The notes under the pieces were generated by a model. The model was not told the DNA's origin. It did not search any database and was given only the letters and a program-made list of their open reading frames with translations. 36,693 nt of DNA from Tubiluchus corallicola. Taxonomy: Eukaryota > Animalia > Priapulida. Made by a program: the position numbers and the translations under genes. The DNA lies in assembly GCA_030141605.1 (NCBI GenBank), contig JAQGDQ010000350.1, positions 1-36,693 of the forward strand, read 5' to 3'. The stretch's first letter is position 1; every line of letters starts with the position of its first letter. Shown piece by piece: positions 12,101 through 24,100 of this stretch.

Positions 12101-15100
12101 TACATGCGTTATACGAAAATTGTTTTGCAATATTTTAAACCAATAATGAACGTCCAAATAAGCGGAACGCGCGCGATATTTAATAATATAAATGGTTTTA
12201 ATATAATACTATAAATTTTAATTATGCAAATACAACATACACCAGGGGTGTGCAAATTGCGGCCCGCGGGCCACTTGCGGCCCGCCGAGAGAATTTGTGC
12301 GGCCCGCGAAGAGATTTGTCAACCCAATGAAAGTGCGGCCCGGGCGATTAATTGAGTGTATCCAGCTGAAGTCCGTGCCACGATCCCAAAGATAGTGCGG
12401 GTAGTTTTTTTCTACTAGATCGGATGCCATTAACCCTTACAAGACTGTTGTAGCTTAATGTCACTGTACTACACAGACTGTGTGATACACATTGCTAATA
12501 TGCATTGTAATGAAATTACCACTATCTGTCCTGAAAGTAGAAATATATGGTTTGTAATATAAATTTTAATGACTTCTAAAATAGTTTCTTGAGTGTAATA
12601 GTAATGATGTACGCAGGTTGGATGCAAAAAAATCGTTATTAAGCCTTTCTGTGCTTGGCTCCTTGATCAAACTGCCTGTGGCCCGCAGGAATTGCGGGAA
12701 GTTTAATGTGGCCCGGCTAATCAGATAATCTGCACACCCCTGACATACACCATAGGTTATTAAAATGATAAATTGTATGTAAAACCTTCGCTGATTACAT
12801 CTTTATTAAACTGTGTGAGAAAAGCGCATCCTCGGTAAGCAAAGTTGTTCTCAGATGGTTCTTTAGATACAAATCACCATTTCAATTATCTATAGTGAAA
12901 TAAAGGAAGACAGGATAATTTTTCATCTACTACCCCATTTTCAAGTTGGATAAAAGTATACATTTTAACACGATTAATACTACAAAAGCATTTCTAATAA
13001 TTAAATAATAGATTAAATGGGTCATGTTTATTAAGTGTGGCTTCAAATGATTGCAGAAGTGGGAAAAAGTATTATTTACATTAAGTTGACTATTGAAAAT
13101 ATTAGAAAGTGAATGTCCCAAATCGCTCAGAAAGTTCGCAGGAATAAATCATTTAGTATCTCTTATTTGTACTTGAGACTTACTTTTACTTGCATAGGAA
13201 GAGTTAGCAATTGCTGAGATAGGCAGATGGTCAGCCACTTCATACTGAATGATGTCAGCAGTGATGGGATTTTGAAACTCATTAGTATAAATATGATCAA
13301 TTAGGGTTTGTGAGTAATGCGAGTTGGTTGAGTGATAACAGGATGAAACCTATTTGAGAACAACATATTTATATAGTTGGCAACGGAAGAAATGTCTTCG
13401 TGTTGAAGTAAATTAATATTCATGTCCCCGCAAGTAAAAGCTGTCCTACCTGACGAATTGATAAAGTTTAGGATCTTTTCCGTTTCTTCATTAAAGTGAC
13501 TGACAGATTTGTTGGGGTGCCTGTACACGATGCCAAATAGTATAGTTACTTTATTTCTTGATGTTTTTATCTCGACCCATAAATCCTCTACAGCTATTCT
13601 GCTAACAGTGTGAGGTAAGTTGGATGTATATTTTTCGCAGTTAAATTGAATTTCATTAAAAACTTTAAATTCAAGATTTTCAAAGATAATAAGCATTGAG
13701 GTGGCCCATATATCAGCTAGGTCTTGCTCACAGTCTATCGTGAGTTTATGACTATTATCTGTGGCTTGCAAAAAAATCCTGCCGTTGACGTTCAATATTG
13801 GAAATATATGATTTACAATTTTAATTTTTCTTCGATAATTAACCAAACTGAACATCAAAATTAACCCTTTCATACCCGTTGTATCCCATGGGATACGAGA
13901 ATATTCTCTGCATTTAAAATTAATAAAATTTTAAAGCTGACAGTTATTTGATCTGTTAATAGTTATTTTGATTTAAGCCAATAACAATAGACTAAAATGG
14001 TGATAAAATGGCAAACTAAAAAAATCTACATAGGATAAAAAACTGCGCAAGGTACAGCACTTTAGAGACGACTTTGTACAGATCAGCATAGCATGCATAC
14101 TAAATGTCTTAAATACTTTAAAAAATTATCAGCAGTTGCAGTTTCAAAATGAAGCACATTTTATGCTTCAATTGAATCCCAAAGTATCCCGTGGGATACA
14201 GGCTATATTTAGCACGCAAGCACAGGTAGAAAAAAATAATTATCATGTGTAAACAAGATGGACATACTGAATAAAAGTACCAAGCCAAAAAAATTTTTCT
14301 TATTAAAAAAATAATTTGGGACTGAAAGGGTTAAGCAACTTAGCTACTTGTGTATGCCATGTTGGAAGATATTAAAGCTATTTTCATCAATTTGCGTGAC
14401 TTCATAACATCAGCCTGTGTAATTGTAGAGATTACATTACATTAGTGTTCACCAAATAATGATTCAATAATAAAAGAAAAACAATAGAAAGTTAACTATT
14501 CGTTATAATTCGTAGCATTAAAGTAATGAAATTAACATTCACACTAGAAAGGAGACTAGCGTTACACGCAGGTTGCTCAAGCAAAAGGCTGTAAGTCAAC
14601 TCGTTCTAAGTTTTCATAGGGGAGTGGCTTCGGATTCGTTAAGTTTTCACAGGGGAGTGGCTTCGGATTCGTTCTAAGTTTTCACAGGGGAGTGGCTTCG
14701 GATTCGTTAAGTTTTCATATGGGAGTGGCTTCGGATTCGTTAAGTTTTCATATGGGAGTGGCTTCGGATTCGTTAAGTTTTCATAGGGGAGTGGCTTCGG
14801 ATTCGTTAAGTTTTCACAGGGGAGTGGCTTCGGATTCGTTAAGTTTTCATAGGGGAGTGGCTTCGGATTCGTTAAGTTTTCATAGGGGAGTGGCTTCGGA
14901 TTCGTTAAATTTTCATAGGGGAGTGGCTTCGGATTCGCTAAGTTTTCACAGGGGAGTGGCTTCGGATTCGTTAAGTTTTCATAGGGGAGTGGCTTCGGAT
15001 TCGTTAAGTTTTCATGGGGGAGGGGCTTCGGATTCGTTAAGTTTTCATAGGGGAGTGGCTTCGGATTCGTTAAGTTTTCATAGGGGAGGGGCTTCGGATT

Positions 15101-18100
15101 CGTTAAGTTTTCATAGGGGAGTTGGTTGGGGGGTGGTTGGTTGTTGTTTTTGGGGGTGGTTGGTTGTTGTTTTCATGGGGGAGGGGCTTCGGATTCGTTA
15201 AGTTTTCATAGGGGAGTGGCTTCGGATTCGTTAAGTTTTCATAGGGGAGGGGCTTCGGATTCGTTAAGTTTTCATAGGGGAGGTGCTTCGGATTCGTTCC
15301 ACTTTCAAACAAGTTTGTTGCACCAGCATGTGTTGTATAGTAGGCCTATTTGCATGGTTGGTACCGGTCAATTAGAGATCTAGCTAACGTGTTCATTTTA
15401 ATGGTAGCACTCTGTCTCTGTCTCTCTTTCTGTCTGTTTTCACTCACTCTCTCTCTCTCTCTATGTCTGTCTGTTTTCACTCACTCTCTCTGTCTGTTTT
15501 CACTCACTCTCTCTGTCTGTTTTCTCTCTCTCTCTCTCTGTCTGTTTTCACTCGTCTCTGTCTCTCTCTCCCTCTCTCTCTCTCTCTATGTCTGTCTGTT
15601 TTCACTCACTCTCTCTCTCTGTCTGTTTTCACTCACTCTCTCTCTCTGTCTGTTTTCACTCACTCTCTCTCTATCTGTTTTCACTCACTCTCTCTCTCTG
15701 TCTGTTTCCACTCACTCTCTCTCCGTCTCTTGCACTCCATCGCTATCACTTCTTTTTCTTTCGTATTTCCATTCAAACTTCATTTTCGGTACTCCCACCC
15801 TCCTAACAATCAACATTTACTTTTCCAGACTGATTTACCGGATGAGGATCTGGTTGTGTGACAAATTTGGAGTTTCAAGATGGCAGAATTTTTTCCCTAG
15901 CAGTGATCAATACAAACAACATTTAATAATTAACCACAATAATTTTTTAATCAGTAATTTGCAGTACTATAGCAATATGTAATACTATCCCAGGCAGCAC
16001 GACAATGTTGTTCCAATGTTGTGACAATGTTTTTGCAAACATTAGGACAATATGGAAGTATGGATTTGCCACAACATTGTACCTATATTTTAAACAATAT
16101 TTGTAAACCATATATTTCCAATATTGAAAGACAATATTGGTCCATTGTCGAACCAACATGGTGGTAAATATTTTCTAAACATATTTTTTGTCAAGTTGTT
16201 GAAAAGATCGTGTCCATTGTGGTATGTGCTGGTATTTTGCCCATAGAACATAACTGTTACACCAGATCAAAACACAGAGCCGACTGCAAACTGCCAGTAC
16301 TTAGAACTAACGTCTTGCTTGGTTTGCACGGGGACAGTAATTTGGAATCAACTTGCTGTTAATATTCGTCAATGTGAAAATGTCAATTGTTTAAAAATCA
16401 AATACAAAACACTTTCAAGATAAATTCTTTTTTAAACCTTGAAGTATGCTTAACTAAAATACAGTTTAAAGATAAATAGTGTTTATTTATCGCCTCGCCA
16501 GATAAATAGTGTCTAAGCTGCAAAAGTTTGTACTCTGCTGTCGCTGGCGCTGAATCTATACAAGCACAAAATGCTGCTTTCCAATTTTCGTAGCTCTTTT
16601 TGTCTGCATAAAAAACCGGGATGGAAACTCTCTTTAATTGCCTCCACATATCAACACCTATGGAAACATCCTCACGCTGCACGGTAGCTGCTGTGTTGTA
16701 CCGATCAGCTGGTTGAAGGCGGGTCCATGATGTGTTGCAAAATTCTTGCTGCTCAGAATCGAAGTGAGCTTCCCTGTATAGTTCAGTTTTTACGTTATGT
16801 TCAGTAGCAGACGTTGTAGGGATATCACTCCCGAGAGGTTTTGCAGGTGGCGTAGCCCATGGTGAATGCATGTTGTCAGATTCGATGTTTGCTGACGCCC
16901 TTGCTGTAGCAGTAGATCCGCCTCCATGTCCCAGTTTTAAGGTTTGCAGGTAGACCTGTGCTTTACTGTGTACTGTCGCGTACTCGTCAAACAACTTCTC
17001 CAATTCGTCAATGACCTCGTCTATGCTATATTCTATTTTTCGACGCCCTGTCTCATCTGCCAGGTAATTTTCCAGTAAATTCTTCACCACCGACATTGCT
17101 CTACTTTGTGCCTCGTCTATCTTATCAAATAAATCTAAAATGTTCTGACGTATTTTCCATTCGTCCTGGTGGACATCTTGACTGATTAATTGCAGTAGTT
17201 TATTCTTTAACTTTGTAAGTGCAGATTTGGCGCTAGCTTTATCTGCTTTTAACTCTTGCCGACTAGTGTTGATAATACCCCGTCGCTATCCTTTCCAGCC
17301 GATTATTGCTGCTGACTCATGGCTATGACGATACGATGAAGTCAAATGAAACCCGATGCATGTAGTACGACCAATACGATAACGATATTTACTGCAGACG
17401 AGTTTCACAGCATAAATTACCGCAGACGAGTTTCACTGCATAACTACTCTCTGCTACCAGTTGTTTTGAAGTAATCACAAAAACTTTTATTTTAAATTCA
17501 ATATTACAGAAAAAGTATAAGACTTATCGATTTTTTCGCTTCCGATGAGGAGACTGAAAAACGTGTTCAATTCTGATTGGCTGACCTACTAAATGCATGT
17601 AACGAAGCCAAGTTTTACAGGCAATTCCAAATAAGTACTACTTTAGATTAAAGGGCAAGCAGAGAGAAATCTTCTGAACAATCACCTTTAACTATATGTG
17701 CAGTGACATTATTAACATTATTTTTGTTTGTGTTTAATAGCTGCAATATAGATTTTCAAATCTCTTCAAACAGTCTTCAGACGTAAGGCTGTGAACAGAG
17801 GCCTTCGATTATTAATATTTATTATTATTTATTTTATTGCAGACTTTTAAAGTTCATAAAATAAGAATAAAAATAAGGTACAAATAAAAACACAAGAACA
17901 TAGTGAACTTATAGACAATAAAGCGTTAGTTAGAATGGGTAAATAAAATTCTTTGGCACGACTTAAAAATGTTCGACCTAAAAATTGTATCAGCATTGTA
18001 CAGCAATTTATTAATAACAGCATTCCAACTCAAGAACAGCCTACTTCTGAGACTAAACCCAGCTTTTCTACATACGCAGGAAAAACTTGGTACATTGTAG

Positions 18101-21100
18101 CTAATATACATTTGGCTTGCACTACAGTCACTAGGAAGATTAACCACTTCACTGCCTGTATGACGAGACTTTACCGTCATGCTTAATTTGCAAATTAACT
18201 GACGCCTATGCCAGTAGCAATAATACTTTCACACACCACATACAATTGAGGAATGTAGCTTCGAAAACAAAAAGCGGTGGTGTCTGTTACACGCTACAAT
18301 AATATTAGCAACCAGATAAATGCGTGCATAATAAAGTAGTATTTATTAAAATAATTCGGAACTTAAACAAAGAATATCAGAACAGCATGACAGTCTAGAA
18401 TGCAGAACACTGCAAAGCAATCACCAAGATATTTGATCTACACAAACCGTATCTATGGTGTTGTTACAGTGTCCTCTGTTGTCTAAAAGAAACATAATAT
18501 ACAAGCTGCAAAACATTCATGGCCAAACACGTGCAAAATGAGAGTGCGCCAGCTGGAATACAATTTACATGGCAGTGAAGTGGCTAAAGAATCCTCTAAT
18601 GGCTTTATTCTTTCATTTGCTTTTATCAGAGTTATAGCACATATCATTTTCTAAAGCAAAATTTTCACATATATTAAACAGATGTTGAAGCTGTGCACCT
18701 GAAGTATAGCAATAACACAAAAATCATCAGCATAGGCTAAGTGTTTTAAAATAGCACTTGTGATTTTTGCACTGTTGAATCGTACTGACAGATCGTAAAT
18801 ATTAAGAAAATATGTCGAAAGACTCATGCGTGTGTGGTATAAATTGTATATAAGTATATATTATTGTTGGCATCCTTCTGTCTTGGAAGAACATAGAGTG
18901 TGCACCAAGAGTCAGTTATTGATCACATTGATGGAGCTCCAGCGTCGACTGTGGCTGAGCAATGCGATCCTTGAACGTCTCCATGGCGCACGCCTGTGCA
19001 TGGTGTATGGAGATCCTAAGTTGCCCGGACAACAGGAACCCCTCTCTTCCTCCCTGGTGTAGTCCATAGGAAAGCGGAGCAATACGTTTTCCACCAGGTT
19101 GGCTGCAGGAGCTGCTGGAATCAGTGAGCATGTTGCACTGGTTCGCCTTCGGGGCTCCACTCCTGATTTGGAAGGTTTACTCCTCTACACGTGGCCGTTG
19201 GGTCACTTGACCTCCCCCGCCCCTCTAGCTCTTGGCTGCTTGTGCAGCTTGTCCGCCTAGTGCTGAGATACAGTGTGGGTATCCCGCAAGCCTACAGCAC
19301 CTGGTATTCCTAGGCGGTCACCAATCCAAGCACTAACCAGGTTCTACGTTGCTTAACTTCGGTGATCAGACGAGAACCAGAGTTTTCAACGTGATTTGGC
19401 CATAGACATAAGTATATATGTATTTATAAAAAGTAGATTTACAATGTACTGTCGAAATGATTTGTCATCATCTTTATCATTGGGATTATGTACTGCACAA
19501 TTAGTTAGGTTGTAAATGATCAATTTGAAATCACAATTGAAACTAATAAATTCTGCATCATAAACCATTATGATCAAAGTACTATAAAATCAGCATTGCT
19601 TGTAACTGCAGACATAGAAAATTGTAATGCGTAGGGCCTATATGAACAATTAAAATAAATTAATTTAAGTAAAATTTATGCAACTAACACAACAGGTCGA
19701 AAGCCTTAAAGATTTTGTTTTAGTTTTTTTTTGTAAACATTTATTATAACATAATTGAACAAATTGAACAGTATGGCTTGTTTACAAGAAAATACGTAAC
19801 TACTAGCTGAAATTGTAATGTCTCAATAAAATAACTAATGAAATAACTGACTTTAAAATGAAAAAAAACTGTGGAACAAATATAAGTAAAATTGAAACAA
19901 AGACGCAAGCATCTTTAAAAAATACAAATACTCGTATAAATGAAAAATCATCGCAATTTAACACAGGTCGATCTATTGCAACATAGGTTGTTGATGCACA
20001 TTCCATCCTAACACTTTGGTATAATAACCATTTAGTGATTTTTTCTTTTGACAAAAATAGGCGTGTTGGCATTGTTCCGTTCTGACACAGTGTGGCGCAT
20101 GTGAGTAACTGGAGTTATGCCATTCTGACGCAATCTGGTATACTCCGTTCTGACACGAGTCTGGAGTCTGACACGAGTAGGTGGTGTTATTTTGCAGTTC
20201 AGTAAAACTATTGTCCACTGTTAGTTGAATCCTTATCAGCACATGAGATTTTCGGGAGTAGTTGCAAGCTAAGAAATTCCGGAAGATTTTCCAACTGCAG
20301 AGAATTCCATTGACTTTTTTTATAGATAAGCCACAAGGAGATTCAGAGATTTGTCAGGTGAATCTCACCAAAAATTTCCAAGATTTTTGAAGTCAGCCGC
20401 TAAAGTTCGGGAATTCTAAAATTAGGGATCCAGTGCTAAGATTACAGATGTCTAGGTGTTTGAAAGCAAAAAACAACAATGTGAACTCAAGCGTAAAAAA
20501 ACCATCAGAGTCACTAAATACACTGTTAATCAGTATGAAAGAGGTATTTGAAGGCGTCCGAGTTCTTGCACGTTATTTATGTTCCAGAAAGTTGAATGGA
20601 ACTGGGTCATCACTTGGCAAGTGAGGAACTTCTCGAACGTTTTCTTCTGGTTCTTGGTTACTTGGATGACTTTGTACACTAGTTGTTTCACGAGCTGGCC
20701 AATGGGACACAATAGGTAGTTTATGGTCTTGATGACGACTTGAATGCGCAATAGAAAGTCTATAGTCTATTCCAACCGGAAATGGGGCTGGAAAGGGTAC
20801 TTGAGAAATACGCATGTTGATTTGATTTGATTTAAGTCTTTATTTCGAACCAGGTTCATAGAATACATAACATACAATAATTATAACACCGCCTTTCAAC
20901 ACATTCAAATTAATACATAATTAAACAAAATAACAGTACAATCTATATATATATATATGTATATACAATATCATGCGTCCAGCCTGAATTGTCACTCATA
21001 ATTTCTACCTAACACTTTCCTTCATTGGTCTCTTATGTCTGAAGTGTAAAATGCGTCACTGTTATTCAATGCCTTTATAAGAAGATTTGTGTTTTGCATT

Positions 21101-24100
21101 ATTCTACTGTGTAGACTGTATGCAGTTTTCCTATGTATTACATCAAAGTATAAAACGTCATGGTCTACTGAAATGGTCCTAGAACTATAATCATATGGGT
21201 AGTTTGAAATATTGTGAGCTACTTTAAGTTTGCTGAGACTGTAGGTATAAAAATGTCGCCAGGTGGCCATACCGTAGAAAGATGAGTTTTGACATTAGGT
21301 GAACAATGATGAAATTTTCTAAGAATACGGTTCGCTCTAGCACAAAACAGACTTCGTTGTCTGATAACATCCATGTCGTCTTTGTTATCACTGGTGATAA
21401 TATGGCCAAGATACTTTTCTGTTTCACACGGTATAATTATTTTACCGGCTACCTCAAGTGAACGGAAATTGAACCCACACATACTGGGGGGTGTAATTGT
21501 TATGAGTTTAGTCTTGTCAACATTTATTACTATTTGTGTATTCAACATACATATCAACTAAAGTTTGTAAAGCAGTGGTAGTGGATGATAGTAAACATCC
21601 ATCATCAGCAAACATAAGGTGATTTATCTAAGTACCACCTATCTGACAACCTAGACCGGTAGATGTGAGGTCAGAACTCAAGTCTCTGAAATATAAATTA
21701 AATAGCATGGGTGACATTTTTGCACCCTGCCGAACACCATTTGCGACTTTAAATGTGCTAGAGCAAAAATTTCCCCACCTCACAAACAGTGTTCTAAGTG
21801 GTGGTCTGGAGATTGTCGAACAGTCTTCTTGCAGTTGTGCCTAGTCATATTGCTAGTAGAATAGCTGTTCTTTCAGAGCATTGTGTTGTTGCAGGTCTTG
21901 TACATGCTTTTGACATAGGTGAACGACTTTTAGTATCTAATCGTTGGTTTTCGTTGGAGGAGTAGCTGGAGTGCTTTTCTTGCTCTTGAGGAAAAGTTTC
22001 TGGCTTGGTGAGCAGTTTTGAAATTTGAATAATAGATTCTTTTTCTTTGGAGCGTTGCTTTACTTGACATCCTGTCTTGATGTTCTTTTTGACCTGTTGA
22101 TGGCTCCGAGGAGCAGTTGCTGGTTTAGTAGGTTCTTCAGTTTTAATAGACGATTTTTGTTTTTGCTCTGAAGGCTGCTGTGCTCGACATTTTTGTTTTA
22201 AATTAATGCGTGAGCAGTTTAGTTCTGGTGGCGCGGTCACGGTTGGTTTAGCAGAAGTTAAACTCTTAGACACCTTTCGCGTTTTTCTTAGATTTCCTTT
22301 GCTGTATTTCGTTTGCTGTATTTTTAGATATTTCGTCGGTTGGTGACGTCTTTGTTGACGTAGATTTTTTCTGACTCTTGTCTAGTGACTCACGGTGTGA
22401 TCTAACACTTTTCTTTTGGGTTTTGGAATATTGCTGCTCTCCATTTTCTGCGAGAAAAGACTTTGAGAAAAAGTGAAAAGGAAAGCAGAAAAGAAAGAAG
22501 AGTAGAAGAAAATGGAAGCAAAGTTTTTGACATGCAAAATATTGTTGTGTCGTTACAAAATAAATTTTTATTATGATTTAAATTCACAAAAATACTGTAA
22601 CTGTAAATTTTTCTGAATGTATTAGTGTTGATGTCATTGTCATCATTATCATCACCATCGTCGTCATCATCATCATCAGTGTCACACCATCGCCATCAGT
22701 ATCACCACCGTCATCATCTCTATTATATCTACTCAAGTCTATCTACACTTGAGTACTTTGTGATTCTAAAAAAAGCATTACACGTTCAAGCATAGATGCA
22801 AGGGCAAATATTGCCTAATATTGCCTATTACCTAATCACACAAGCATTCACACATACGCAAACAGATACGCATCACGTAAGCATCCACACATACAATTTT
22901 TGCAACTTTTTGGCCTTCCTTCACAGTTTCAGCACAATTTGAATGTCGTATTTTTTGTACAAAACTTTTTGTAAAATATGTAAATGGTGTCATTTGACCC
23001 AATGGCCATTATGGTGTGTAGAATAAATAATGGCTAGCCTAATGCTATAATTTTTAGCTTGGATGTACACAGTTCTTCAATCATACAATTCTGAAATAGT
23101 CATGTCTAATTACATGTATGAACTGGTTTCACCTACCATCAACTGATGACTCATCCAACTGTGCAGCAGTGGCAACGTAGCAGACGCCAGTTCAGCAGTA
23201 ACAGCAATCTTTTTTGTGCATTTTGCACGTTTTTTGGCCATGAATGTTTTGCAGCTTATATATATCATCTTTTTAGACAACAGAGGACGCCACCGCTTTT
23301 TGTTTTCAAAACTAGATTCCTCAGTTGCACGTGGCGTCTGCCTTCAGATTTCTTTTATTTTAGAATTCTGCCTGCCCAATGTCTGCAATAGACGTGACGG
23401 GCGAATGATGATGATGATGTGTAAGTATTATTGCTACTGGCGTAGGCGTCAGTTAATTTGCATATTAAGCATGACGGTAGAGTCTCGTCATACAAGCCAG
23501 TCGTAATAGCATTTTCATGACGGGAGATTCTCGTCATACAGGCAATGACGTGGTTAAATTGAGTCATGAGGAAAAATGTATACCCAATCGCAAAGATCCC
23601 CTGGGCAAATTCCCAGGTTGCCCATATGGTAGATCTGGGCGTGTTCCTGAGGTTTTCTTCATTTATTATTATTCTTTTTTTTCACTTATGCTATTGTTGT
23701 TATGTTTGTCTTTATAATTTTGCTTTCGTTATTGCTTCATTTCGATTAGTTTATTTGCATCCTGTGTCATCAATTCTTTTTTCTCTCATTAATATTAAAT
23801 TATAAGGGGTGAGTGACTAGATGACCTACGGTCTTTCCTCGCCCCATCTCCACAGACAAAGTTATTTTTTTCGTAAAATGGAAATTTGTTACACAAATTG
23901 GAGAAAAATAAAATGTCTATGTCTAAATGTAACCAAGGAATGTAGCAATTTCAATACGTCATAAAGCGCGTGACGTCAGATCTTTATATTTTATAGTTAC
24001 GCATAAAGTGGCGTCTTGCACGTCATACCGTGCGTTATTTCATTAAACAGTGAATCGGACTTTCTTGATAATATGACACCTTCTACCTTATTTATTTATT

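Noticed and set aside
14692-15982. Long ORFs of 132-210 aa
   Set aside because: They are translations of the 33-bp minisatellite and the CT microsatellite.
15988-16230. Possible DNA transposon end (cccaggcagcac... with caatattg/caatgttg motifs)
   Set aside because: I found no matching second terminus or TSD.
19288-19407. Functional 5S rRNA gene
   Set aside because: It is a single copy with several substitutions, has no T-run terminator, and sits inside a TSD-flanked element.
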